Below are positions 24,675 to 36,129 of a stretch of 64,000 nt of DNA, piece by piece. Under the pieces are notes generated by a model that saw only the letters and a program-made list of their open reading frames with translations, searched no databases and was not told the DNA's origin. A program made the translations under genes and the position numbers. Numbering within the stretch: position 1 is the first letter of the stretch; every line of letters starts with the position of its first letter. Source of the DNA: Rhynchopus sp. YZ270_cl-10. Lineage: Eukaryota. Where the stretch lies: contig OZ037846.1 in the NCBI GenBank assembly GCA_964035575.1, positions 558,001 through 622,000 on the forward strand, read 5' to 3'.

Positions 24675-27600
24675 GTGTAGTGATGTGGCTGACGACCCCA
24701 AAATAGCAGAAAATAGCACAACAATAGCACCCCCCCTTTCAGCCACACCATTGTAGGGAAGAGGAAATTGGTAATGGGATGGGAAATAAAAATAAAAAAT
24801 GGGTAAGGGAGAGTCAGCTGACCTAAGCATGAGAAAGAGCTTAGCCACCTCCCGAAGACTGAGCTCTAGAATCCACTTGGATTGCGTCATGTTGATTTTT
24901 GAGAAAATGTGAAAGGGGTGATTCGTGGGTTGTTATGAAGTTTTTTTTTTGATAAATTGTTGAAATAGCGAGTTGCCTCGGTTGTGTTGCCACAGTTGTG
25001 CAATCTCCACTTTCACATTATTTTTTTTTTTTGTTAATTTTTGCTTTGTGCTCTCTGTTTTTTTTGGTGGGAGGGTGAATGAAGAATCAAAAAAAAGAGA
25101 AAAAAATACAGAGAAGCACCTTAAAAAAAAGGAGGAAATAAAGCGGAAAGTGTTTCAAAAAAAAAAAAAAAAGGGAAAAAGAGGGAAAAGGAGGGTGGGA
25201 ATTACATTGAAATTGTCCGCTACTATGTCATTAGGTATAACCTGATACCGTACTGGAGTACTCTTGGAACTCCACGCCACCCCTCCTAAGCCGCCCAAAT
25301 GGGGCGGCTGTTTGTTGTTGTGTCGACAATCGCCGAGTAATCCCACCAGGTGGGAGAATTCGGGTCTGTACTCAATTTTTCTTCTTCTAAAAAACTTGGT
25401 TTGTATTAGTGTAGACACCCGAGGATGAACTCCACTATTTTTTATCTTTTCCTTCTCTTCTTGACCAAAACAATAGTGGTAGACACTCAGACAAAATTTT
25501 GCACTTCGGCCTGTTACCCTCCATCCACACTTCCGTTTTTTTTGCTTTTTTCCTCTTTTTTTAAAAAATCATTGTGCACAGTGAATAACTTTCCTGTGAT
25601 TCAAGGAGAGAGAGAGCGGGGAAGGGGAAGGGGAAAATGCCTCAAACCAATGCGGCTAATGGTAGCTACATTACATTTGCACATTTTTATTTTTTCAACC
25701 CAAGAAGCCATCAAACTTAAAGTTGACTTGAAATACAACAACCCTCTCGTGAACAGTGTACCTTTGGTACAATGATTGTTGGGTGCACCGGGGAGGGGGG
25801 GTGGATCCCGAATCAGGCAGCCCTACATAAATTAAAATTCTGATATTTTCTGGACATAAAAAAAAAATTATTTCATATGCTTTCTATTGAATACTGAATA
25901 GAAGGTATAATCGGGGGGCACTAAAAAACACCCCAAACTTAGAAACAAAATAAATATATGGGGGCTTTTCTGTATTCGCAGCTACACTAAAACAGATTAT
26001 AGGGAAAAGTGGGGGGAAGGGAAAGTGACGATTATCCCCTGGGTTTGGGCACACAAAAATAATGCCATTTTTTTCTTCTTCGCTTGGGGGTTCCTAACGA
26101 GACATAGGCTAATGTGTTTATTGCACCAAAATTGGATGGAAACATAGTAAGAAAACGAAAGCTGTTGTAAACAATAAATAAATTAAAAAAAAAAAAAAGG
26201 GAAAAGAAGTCTCCGGGATAGCTCCATCGGAGTCACAGCAGGGTTTTTTCTGACTGAAAAAAGAAGAAAAAAGAAAAAAAGAAAAAAAAAGAAAGACTCA
26301 GCCGAACCTTCGGCGGACCCTCGCTGTGATAATATTTATAAACAAATAAACTGAAAAGAGAGAAAAGGATAAGTTCGATATCAACGTTATAATATGAAAG
26401 AGTTCTCTTAAACATACTCGCAAAAGGTGGTTTGTAAGTTGGTCCAAGACAGAGCAAAGGGACAATATAAAATAATAAAAACAGAAAACGCAAAACACAA
26501 AAATGTATAAAATAAAAACTGGAGCGCTCAGAGAAAAAAAAAATTCTTTTTGTATAGCCCGGAGTCTTCCACTCTGGGTGTTTTTTTAAGCCACGGACGC
26601 TTTTGCAGTTTTTGGGGTGCAAAAATCGTGTGTAAAAAAAACAGACATTTTTTTTTTATACAGAGGTTTTAGGTTTTAGAGAAACACCTATGGTGTGGGG
26701 ACAGATGCGATGCCAAAAAAAAAAAAAACGAAAATCGCTCAGAAAGAGCGAAATATATCAAAGCAAGAGGTCACGTTGATGCAGGCACACCTCGGAATTA
26801 TTTTTTTTAACCCACAATGACCAGACCCGAATAAAAGCACACACACAAAAAAATAGTAACTCTGATAGGTGAAAGGGAAAAAAAAGGTTTTTTTTTCGTG
26901 CTCAAATACCTTGGAGGGGTGATTGGCGACCGTATCTGGGGATACTATTTCTCCTTTAAAGCTGTGCTTTTTGTAGGTCTTTTTAAAAAAAGACAGATGT
27001 CCTGGTGGGTGAAATTCTAGGGATAAGAAGGGGGGGTGACGATAGCTGTGTATTGTGTATGATGCTGATGTGGTTTTTTTTCTTTGCTGATGTGTTGGAC
27101 ACGGTACTCAAAAAAAAAAATATAGATCTGAAACACAAAGCCCTCTCATGACCGGCTGTACCGGGGGGGGTGGGCACCCCAACCATGCAGTCCTACAATC
27201 CATTTCGTGGTTACAATCGTGCTGAAACACATCTCAGTCAAAAAAAAAAAAAAAATACATCACATTATATAATACGGCCACCAATAGGCGAGTGTGGGTA
27301 CCACCCCCTTTTCATTTATATTTTCGTAAGGGAATAACCGCGTAGCTGCAGTAGCTTTTTTTTTTTCTTTGCTCATTTTTTGTTTACTAAGCGACAGAAA
27401 AAAAAAGATAACTTTGTTTAAAAGAACGAGAAAGAGTGAGAGTGAGAGAGAGAGAGAGAAATAAAGAAAAGCTTTTTTATTGTAAGATAGGACCACCACG
27501 AGTTATTTAACTGAATATCTTGGTTGTTTTTATTGGGTGGATTTTCTTTTTCGGTTTGGTTTTTTTTTCAATTTAAATAAATTCGCACAATTTGGAGGGG

Positions 27601-28184
27601 AGGTAAACTATTTTTTTTGGGGGGTGTGTGTGAGAGGCTTAGCTGATAGACGTTGCAATGCCATCTTGTTTTTTTTTTTTTTTTTTTTTGTGCTTTTTTT
27701 TGAAAACTTGGTTGTAATAGTGTAGACAGCTCCACTATACTAAAAAAAAATTGTTTTTGATTGTTTTCTTTTTTTTTAGTTTTGTTGTGTTGACAATCGC
27801 CCGTTTTTCTGTTTTCTTTTTTCTTTTTGAAAAATCAAAAAAAAAAAAAATTGCTTCCCTGAAGCCACTACCTTATCACCACGCTTTAAACACAAAAGAA
27901 ACCAAAAATGAAATAAGAGCGCTAACAAAGGGGACGAGAGTGGACACCAAAAAACAAACAACAAAAAAAATACAGGTACAAAAAAAACAGGCCATTTTTT
28001 TATCATGGCCACTCAACGCCTCAAATATGCAGGGTAACAGGTCAGAACAGCCTTCTTTCATTGTACACTCCTTTTACATTATTTTGATAAATTGTTGGAG
28101 CAGTGTAGTTGCCTCGGTTGTGTTGCCACAGTTTTGTGCAATCTCCACTTTCTTCTTTTTTTTCCACAATCCATCCTTTGAAGC

Positions 28185-28510
28185 CTATGCAGCGGTGGTT
28201 ACCCGCGCGGCCATCACCTTTCTTCTGTGCTGCACGCGTTCGAAATGAAATCCGGTGAACACGCCGTTGGCGTCTTTAGAATTGACACGTGCCCCGCTGT
28301 GGCGTGCGGGCATCTCGGTGAATTCGCTTTCGAAGTTCATGACCTGCGGATCAGGGACGAAGGGCACCTCCAGCTCGCAGGCAGACATGGCGTCGAAGTC
28401 GATGTCGCTGAAGAAGAACTGCTGGCGGAACTCAGCGATCGATTGCAGACGTCTGTCCTTCGACCGATCCAGCAGGCGCGCAGTCAATGCCCGCGCCTCA
28501 GTGGACATCC
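28185..28510 (-). CDS. AGC kinase paralog 2, exon 3 (kinase C-lobe end and AGC tail)
   Basis: Acceptor A(n)CACGACAG at 28511. In frame MSTEARALTARLL..FFSDIDF..PFVP..NFESEFT..FTGFHF, ending in a stop. Confidence 0.9.
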
Positions 28511-28825
28511 CTGTCGTGTTTTTTTTTTTTTTTTTTTTTTTTGTGTAACATTCGCTCTAAGTACAGTACTCTAAATAAGTATTTTGAAAGTAATTTTGGA
28601 GAACTTTTTTGCCAAACATATGGTCTGTACTCCTCTCTATCTTTGGGCGCGGTACTCAAATGTTTGGGTTTTGACGGACACCGTGTGCCCCAAAGAGCGC
28701 CACACACGAGGAGAAGGAAGAGAAATTGGTCCAGAAGAATGGACGCATACGAGAAGAGCAATCAGTTTGGTTCTGCATGCAAGAACATTAATTTAGCAAA
28801 ATGCCCCCAAAATATCAGAACCATA

Positions 28826-29832
28826 CAATGTGTCCCAGAATTAATGTCACCTGGCGACATTTTTGAATAAAAGTGCAAAAGTGGACAAATTTCGTGACAT
28901 TTTGATCTTGTCGTGAAGAAAAAGTGTGTAGGGGGTGAAATATTTACATTGCAAGTACCCTTTTTGGCAAAAAAGGGTCTACAACAAAAAAAAGTGAAGT
29001 GGATAGTGGATAGTGTAAATGACTCTAGGACGCAGGCACGTAATGAAGTAAAAAACACATAGGCGTGCACAAAATCAAGTAGAACATGTATTAATATTTT
29101 GTGTGCATCCCCTCGGACTGGCGAACTGCCTCTAGGCGTCGTGGCATTGACTCGATGCACCCTGCAACGAAGCTCGTGTCCATCTTTGACCATTCTTTGT
29201 TGATGATACGTTTAAGTGTCGCCACGTCTTTGGGCTCCCTTTCGTTGACTGCAGTCTGCAGCTTGGCCCACAGGTTTTCAATAGGATTGAGGGGAGTTTC
29301 AGGGGAGTTTCCTGGCCAGTCTTCTTTGGGTAGGAACGAAAAAGGCTGTGTGGAGAGGAAGGCTTGAGTAGTGTTGGCAGTATGACAGGGAGCCCTATCC
29401 TGCTGAAAGATGTAGCTCCTGTCAGGAAGGAGTTCTTTTATCTCTTTGAGGGCTCTGCAACAGTGTCCGGTACTTCTCCGCATTGAGCGATCCCTCGAAG
29501 AAGTAGAGCTTAGTCTTACCGCTGGTCGTGATCCTTTTTGCCCACCCCAGGCGTGAAGCTTCTGGGTAGACCTGACCTTATCAACGGGCGGAGGCGGCTA
29601 TGTTTTTTACTTCATTACGTGCCTGCGTCCTAGAGTCATTTACACTATCCACTATCCACTTCACTTTTTTTTGTTGTAGACCCTTTTTTGCCAAAAAGGG
29701 TACTTGCAATGTAAATATTTCACCCCCTACACACTTTTTCTTCACGACAAGGTCAAAATGTCACGAAATTTGTCCACTTTTGCATTTTTTTTCAAAAATG
29801 TCGCCAGGTGACATTAATTCTGGGACACACTG
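28826..29832 (-). mobile_element. Internally deleted Tc1/mariner element in kinase intron 2
   Basis: About 235-bp TIRs CA(A/G)TGTGTCCCAGAATTAATGTCACC with TA on both sides. Confidence 0.92.
29091..29483 (-). pseudogene. Truncated Tc1 DDE transposase C-terminus
   Basis: FQQDRAPCH, WPGNSP..LNPIENLW, SMPRRLEAV, G.HTKY motifs. N-terminal half missing. Confidence 0.9.
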
Positions 29833-30159
29833 TAGATGCTAATGGGCGTTGTGCACACCACAGTGCACACGTAGCTTAGCTCCTGTCCGAGAACAGAAGT
29901 GAAGAATGTGGTGCATCTTCCGCTTCCACGGATTCCTGCCTTAGCAGATTGGCCTTAAGGGAAAGGCGGGCGCGAAACGTATTGCCGCGGAAACTGCCGG
30001 AGGACTGGGAGGGTGCTTTTACAAAAGAGAGTACTTGAAATATAACAGCCCGCTCCCGTGGTACAATGACCGGCTGTACCGAGGGGTGGACGTCCCAACC
30101 ATGCAGGTCCAACATCTATTTCGTGGTTTGCATCTGATAAAAAGACAAAAGAACATTAC

Positions 30160-30237
30160 CTTCAGGGAACTGGAGCGGCTTGAACTTAATAAGTTCGTAC
30201 ATCTCATTCACGTTCTCGCTGTAGAACGGTGGGATAC
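30160..30237 (-). CDS. AGC kinase paralog 2, exon 2
   Basis: CAG acceptor at 30240-30238, (G)IPPFYSENVNEMYELIKFKPLQFPE, donor GTAATG at 30159. Confidence 0.9.
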
Positions 30238-30300
30238 CTGTAGAGAAAGGAAAACATGATGGTGAATGTAGACAAAATGATGCAAAATGAACACAAAACT

Positions 30301-30505
30301 AAACTAACATTTTTGCCACTTGATTTGTCCTCACTAATCTACTACTGAGTCTTTTTTCGTTGACCGCAGCCATTTTAGGAAGCCATTTAGGCTCTTACCC
30401 CTATTGATTGGGGGGGAGGGAAATGATTCAAAAGGAAAAAGCGTGAGGGACAAATTTACCGTTGGCTAATCATATTCAGTTTCTAATAACACTGCGTATA
30501 AGCAA
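30301..30505. other. About 200-bp imperfect hairpin element; empty-site homolog of the flanks of the RT cassette
   Basis: Single 18-mer at 30353-30370. GATTTGTCCTCAC (30322-30334) pairs with GTGAGGGACAAATT (30443-30456). Colinear with 1-49 joined to 3601-3730. Confidence 0.75.
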
Positions 30506-30800
30506 AAAGAAAACAAAAACAAAAACAAAAGGGGAATGATGTTGCTAAGATCCTCCTCCTTAGCCTCCCGTTCCTAAGTCTTTCTTATCTTTACGAGGCA
30601 AGTTGCCGATGTGCAAAACCCTCTGGAACACAGGGCAACTAACGCTCTGAGCTATCGAATTCTCCCATCCGCTCTGAACTACTCGACTTAGGTGATCGTA
30701 ATAAAAAAAGGTGGAGATTTGCACAACTGTGGCAACACAACCCGAGGCCAACTACACTACTCCAACAATTTACCAGAAAAAGAAAAAAATAACCACATAC

Positions 30801-32301
30801 CCGCAATCATCTCATAGAGCAGGATACCAAGGGACCACCAGTCCACTGCACGTCCGTGGTGGCACCCCTTTTCCAGGAACTCTGGCGCAAGGTACTCTGG
30901 TGTGCCGCAGAAGGTCGAGGTTTCTTCTCTGCCACCGACACCCGGCTTGGCAAGCCCGAAGTCCGTGATGCAGCAGTTGCCCTTTTTGTCGAGAACGCAG
31001 TTCTCCGGCTTGAGATCTCTGTAAATGATGTTGAGGCTGTGGAGGTGGCCCAGGGCGAGACCGATCTGCGCGGTGTAGAACTTTGCCCTGCTCTCTGGGA
31101 AGGTGCCGACCTGTGAGAGGTGGTAGAACAGCTCACCGCCAGAGAGGAAGTCCAGGATCAGGAAGAGCGAGTCTGCTGTCTGGAAGGCGTAGTACATCTT
31201 CACAATCAACGGATGGTTGATTGCGCTGAGGATACTCTTCTCCGCCTTCATATGATCCACCAGACCTTCACGCAGGATCAACTCTTTTGACATGCATTTC
31301 ATCGCAAATATCTCTTTTGTGTCCTTCTTCCTTACCTGCATCACCTTACCGAAGGATCCTTTTCCTACGACACAGAGCAGGTCGAAGGAATCGAGACACA
31401 CTTCTTGTTTTTTAAACATTTCTTTGGTGGTGCTTGCAGCTCTCGTAATGCCTACGGTAGATTGGGAACGTTGGAGAGAGGACTTTTGAAGGTTTGATGG
31501 AGAGCGTTGGAGGGCTGCACGCTGAAGGTTTGAAGGGGAGCGGGTCATGGCGGCAGTTGGGGAGCGCATTTTTGACAGATTCGGCTGCGACTTCGCGGTC
31601 GCAAGCATCGAAGACTGCGACCGCAGTGCTGCAGACGACCCTGGACGTTGGTACGCTTTGTTCTCGATTTTTTTCGCCTCTTTTGCTTCCTTTGGTGCCT
31701 TTTTGGTGCGGCGTTGCGTCAACACTCTTGGCAGCGATGCAACAGATGCCATCCTCGAAGTCATCCTAGTAGGCGACATTGTACCCACCCTCTTCAACGC
31801 AGGCTGCACCGTCGGAGCTTCTGTAGGCACCGAAAGCAGATCGAAACGCTCATCTGTCGAAGCCTGCATGCTTTCCTTCTTCAATACATTTGCGTTTTGC
31901 ACTGCTGCTTTGATCATAGCACACCAATGCGCCTTATCCCTCTCATTGCCAGCAACCAAGGTATACGTTTTCGGCAGAGTCGGACCGCAAATGGACCACT
32001 GCAACGGCTTTCTTGGATCCTCTGTCGTTGTTGTGTCTTGAAGATCGATGGACCCCAACGGTTTTTCGTCTTCTCTCGGTGCCGTTTTGTAGTACCGTAT
32101 AATCGATCCACGAAGTTCAAAGAATCTTTCGTGGTCGCCCTTAATTCGGGAAAGACTGAGCTTCTTCAAAAACCCGCTTGCAGCAAGAGGCAGGGAGGTT
32201 GCGCTGCCGCATGTCCCGGCAGAAGATGTGACAGTAACGGTCGTTGTGCCACCCCCACTGCTCCCGCTGTCGACACTCCTCGTTGAGGATGACATCGACA
32301 T
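30801..32301 (-). CDS. PH-domain AGC kinase paralog 2, exon 1
   Basis: PH domain, long basic Ser-rich linker, complete subdomains I-IX. Donor GTATGT at 30800, same position as in paralog 1. Confidence 0.93.
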
Positions 32302-33274
32302 CCCCCGCCTCTCCGATACCGGTAAAGGAGACAGTTTGCCGCCTTGGGGTTAGAGAGAAAACCGAAAGAGAAACAAAGAGGAAAGGGGAGGGGGGAAAAA
32401 AAGGGGGGGAGAGAGAGAGGAGGAGGAGGAGGAGGAGGAAGGGGGAGGGGGGTGTGAAAAGACGCGTATGGGAAGGGGGGTGGTGTTACCGCCTTTTTTT
32501 CGTATTTTTTTTTTGTGTATTTGGTGGGGGGGGGGGGGGGGGAGAGAGGTTGGTGTATTGTCTGGGATGGTGGTGTTTTTTGTGGAGGGGGGCGACTGGA
32601 AGCAATGCAGGTGCTTCAAAACGAAGAAGTACTTGTTTGAAAAATACTGGGGAAAAAAAATGGGCATTTTTGGTGCTCCTGACGACCCCATATTGCGTAC
32701 TTCTTGCATACTTTATGCACACACAAAAAATACAGGAATGCCCTATATTGCGTACTTAGTGCGTAGTTGTGGCGTACTTGGTATTTTGGATTTCCTTTGT
32801 GCACCAATTTTTGGCTCATCTTGAAGAAAACAGCCATTTTTTTTTTAGCGTAGTGTATGAAGAAACAAAAGAGGGTATATGGGTAGGTACTTTCCTTTAA
32901 ATTTGCATTTTTTTTTTTGTTGAGAAATACACACTTTGAACCTTTTTTCTTTGGGGCTTTTGAAGGGGTAGCACACCTCTCTCCCCATGACAAATATAAT
33001 CGGGAGGAGGGACACCCCACAGTCAGCTAATATAATAGGTGCACCTGAAAAAAGAAAAATTTGACTTGATTCAATGAAATACAAAAAATGCTTGAGAGAC
33101 TCCTTACTCTTTGCTCAAAAGGCTAAAAAAAACGGGAAGGGGTTCGCTTCCACGCTTCCAAAAAAAGCCCTTTCGTGAACAAATGTACCTTTTGGTACGA
33201 GAAATGATTAAGATATTATTTTCAATCGAAAGATGGAGTTTTCCACCAGCAGAGAAAAAAAAATATTTTCTTTT

Positions 33275-34612
33275 TCAGTTCCCCTCTAACACCAAGCACT
33301 TCCCTGCTAGATCCGCCTTTTTCGCTTCACTTTCCTCGGTTTTGTATCGATTTACTGTACGCTCTGAGGGGAAGAGGTTGTGATTCGATTGCACCCAGAG
33401 CTCCACCTTTGCAATAACCGGAGCTGCGGACATCCCATGCTGCACTATCAGGTACACATCCTCAAGGCTATCACCCTCCCCCACGCCTGACACAGCCTCC
33501 TCCTCGACCCTCCTGCAGTCGCACACCCCATCACCATCACCCTTCTTGCCAACACCATACCCAATCACCACACCATAGTGTGCGTAGGCTCCTTCGTATA
33601 GTGCAGGCAAGGATGTGCCTGGGCTTCTGTCGTATGGAAGTACAACAAGCTTGTTGGCTTGCAACGCGGAGAGCACCGTTGTCCCGGTTGTAGGGAGAAC
33701 CGAGGCAGGCATTTTGAGGTGTTCTTCGGAGAGGGTGCGGAGCTCGTTGATGCGGAACATCTCCCCGTCATTGGTAAAACCACGGGACACTGCTGTTGTG
33801 AGAAGCCCATCTGTTCCCCCTTCTCCATTTTCCCCTTCATATACCATACGCAATGCCGCAAGACCACATGAAGGACCAATCTGTTTCGCCCACGGAAAAT
33901 TTTTGCATTGATATTCAAAACTCCCCAACCGAGCCACCGCTTGGACAATCAAATCAGAAAGATCCTCTTCACTCCGCAAAATCGATTCGGTCCTTTCAAG
34001 AAGCCGCTTCCGCATCCAGACCACATCGTCACCTTCTTGAGGGTTATCTTCTATCGGCCCTGCAGCACGACCTCTTAACATCGCTTCTAATGCTAACACA
34101 GCTTGCCCCCTACCACGTAACACCGGTTTATCTAGATTAATCCGATCACACAGCATATAACCACAACGCAGGTAAAACCCCTTTGCGGTGGACGTCCAGA
34201 GGTAGATATAAGCATAACCTGCAGAGAGTGCAGCATCTTCCAAAGCGGACATAAGCGCGGTACCGAAACCTTCTCCACGACGTGTTTTGGGGATCACTAC
34301 AGAAGTAACCGCGCAGGAGGATCCTTCACCACTGTCCACAACCTTCTGAAGGCGGGCATATCCAAGCAAAGTAGATGTAGTGTTCGGATCTACGGTGGTG
34401 CAGGTAGCATCGGCTGGTGGAGTGGACGTGGGGTGTGAGGAAGAAGAGGTGCCATGTGTCATATCCTCCACCAATGCATAAGAAACACCGCCCTTAGCAA
34501 TAATGCGGGCCGCACGTTGCGCAGAAGTGACATTTGGCCATTCCTCTGAAAGGCAGGCGCATGCAGCAGCATTCAGCGCTTCTGTCGTAGAAGTGAGCTC
34601 TACAAGGCGCAT
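33275..34612 (-). CDS. NAA80-like GNAT N-acetyltransferase fused to an ACTMAP (C19orf54)-like cysteine protease, 445 aa
   Basis: N-half: LSEEWP, GYARL, SVVIPKTRRGEGFG, FYLRCGY, WMRK. C-half: QIGPSCGLAAL, RGFTNDGEMF, LPYD, AHYGVVIG, QHGMS, SNHNL. ATG at 34612; the listed 5' extension runs into a transposon. Confidence 0.85.
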   Translation of the reverse strand: MRLVELTSTTEALNAAACACLSEEWPNVTSAQRAARIIAKGGVSYALVEDMTHGTSSSSHPTSTPPADATCTTVDPNTTSTLLGYARLQKVVDSGEGSSCAVTSVVIPKTRRGEGFGTALMSALEDAALSAGYAYIYLWTSTAKGFYLRCGYMLCDRINLDKPVLRGRGQAVLALEAMLRGRAAGPIEDNPQEGDDVVWMRKRLLERTESILRSEEDLSDLIVQAVARLGSFEYQCKNFPWAKQIGPSCGLAALRMVYEGENGEGGTDGLLTTAVSRGFTNDGEMFRINELRTLSEEHLKMPASVLPTTGTTVLSALQANKLVVLPYDRSPGTSLPALYEGAYAHYGVVIGYGVGKKGDGDGVCDCRRVEEEAVSGVGEGDSLEDVYLIVQHGMSAAPVIAKVELWVQSNHNLFPSERTVNRYKTEESEAKKADLAGKCLVLEGN

Positions 34613-34678
34613 TGTGTCGGCACAGCTGAGGGTAACAAGGCCACTGTGTCCAGAGGAGAGGAGGGGGGGGGGGGGGGG

Positions 34679-36104
34679 TAGGGGGTCCGACTCCCTAGTA
34701 AAAATTTGTCCGGTTTTCGTTTTTTTCACCATTAGGCCATTTCCCGGGCACCCCCGGGTGAATCCTGCCCCCAAAATAGGGTTTCTGGGCCCTGTGGGGC
34801 TAAATTCACCCTCTAGGTACCCCAAAATATGAAAAAAATTGAAAAATATGGTGAAAAATCGGGTTTTTGGCCTTTTGGGCACTATGGCCAGTTTTGACTA
34901 AATTTCCAAAAAAAAATCAAAAAAAGCCCCAAAAATAGACGAAAAAAGGAGTCTCTGGCCACAATTTCGGCCCAAAAATGTGTTTTGAGTCCATTGCAAA
35001 CGGTTTTTCGCCTTTTTGCCACTTTTTTTGATGATTTTTTGGTGTTTTTAGGTGCAAAAACAACCCCAGAACAACCCCAGAACAACCTCAGAACACTTTT
35101 TCACCACATTCTGGATCAATATCTAGCCGAACTTTTTGCTGAAAACCGCCGAAAAACCACCCCTGTAAGTCAGATTATACCGAATGTTGCTCCAATTCCC
35201 ACAATAACACCCAAATCTACGTCAGAAAATCGGGGAAAAAAAACACACTTTTTTCAAAAGGTCGTCAGGCAGGGTTCCACCCCAGAACAACCCCAGAACA
35301 CTTTTTCACCACATTCTGGACCAATATCTAGCCAAACTTTTTGCTGAAAACCGCCGAAAAACCACCCCTGTGAGTCAGATTATACCGAATGTTGCTCCAA
35401 TTCCCACAATAACACCCAAATCTACGGCAGAAAATCGGGGAAAAAAAACACGCTTTTTTGGCTAGATATTGGTCCAGAATGTGGTGAAAAAGTGTTCTGG
35501 GGTTGTTCTGGGGTGGAACCCTGCCTGACGACCTTTTGAAAAAAGTGTGTTTTTTTTCCCCGATTTTCTGACGTAGATTTGGGTGTTATTGTGGGAATTG
35601 GAGCAACATTCGGTATAATCTGACTTACAGGGGTGGTTTTTCGGCGGTTTTCAGCAAAAAGTTCGGCTAGATATTGATCCAGAATGTGGTGAAAAAGTGT
35701 TCTGAGGTTGTTCTGGGGTTGTTTTTGCACCTAAAAACACCAAAAAATCATCAAAAAAAAGTGGCAAAAAGGCGAAAAACCGTTTGCAATGGACTCAAAA
35801 CACATTTTTGGGCCGAAATTGTGGCCAGAGACTCCTTTTTTCGTCTATTTTTGGGGCTTTTTTTGATTTTTTTTTGGAAATTTAGTCAAAACTGGCCATA
35901 GTGCCCAAAAGGCCAAAAACCCGATTTTTCACCATATTTTTCAATTTTTTTCATATTTTGGGGTACCTAGAGGGTGAATTTAGCCCCACAGGGCCCAGAA
36001 ACCCTATTTTGGGGGCAGGATTCACCCGGGGGTGCCCGGGAAATGGCCTAATGGTGAAAAAAACGAAAACCGGACAAATTTTTACTAGGGAGTCGGACCC
36101 CCTA
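34679..36104. mobile_element. Palindromic hAT-like non-autonomous element, family B
   Basis: TAGGGGGTCCGACTCCCTAGT...ACTAGGGAGTCGGACCCCCTA, long inverted arms, poly-G on both sides. Confidence 0.9.
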
Positions 36105-36129
36105 GGGGGGGGGGGGGGGGGGGGGTAGG

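Larger units (their letters stand above)
12785..30785. repeat. Dispersed ~65-bp SINE-like repeat with A-rich tail (8 copies within this span)
   Basis: TTTTGATAAATTGTTGGAGTAGTGTAGTTGCCTCGGTTGTGTTGCCACAGTT(TT)GTGCAATCTCCAC near 12785, 13005, 13381, 19682, 24085, 24945 and 28082, and inverted at 30711. Confidence 0.85.
5447..33198. repeat. Dispersed ~110-bp repeat (about 8 full or partial copies within this span)
   Basis: CCCTCTCGTGAACAGTGTACC..GGTA(T/C)AATGACCGGCTGTACCGGGGG..GTGGACA near 5447, 6789, 13757, 23406, 25742, 27141, 30047 and 33167. Confidence 0.8.

Noticed and set aside
24819..24890. Possible small exon MTQSKWILELSLREVAKLFLML
   Set aside because: No partner exons or homology recognised.
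34613..34882. N-terminal 90 aa of the listed 535-aa ORF
   Set aside because: Mostly derived from palindrome B and the poly-G tract; the plausible start is ATG 34612.
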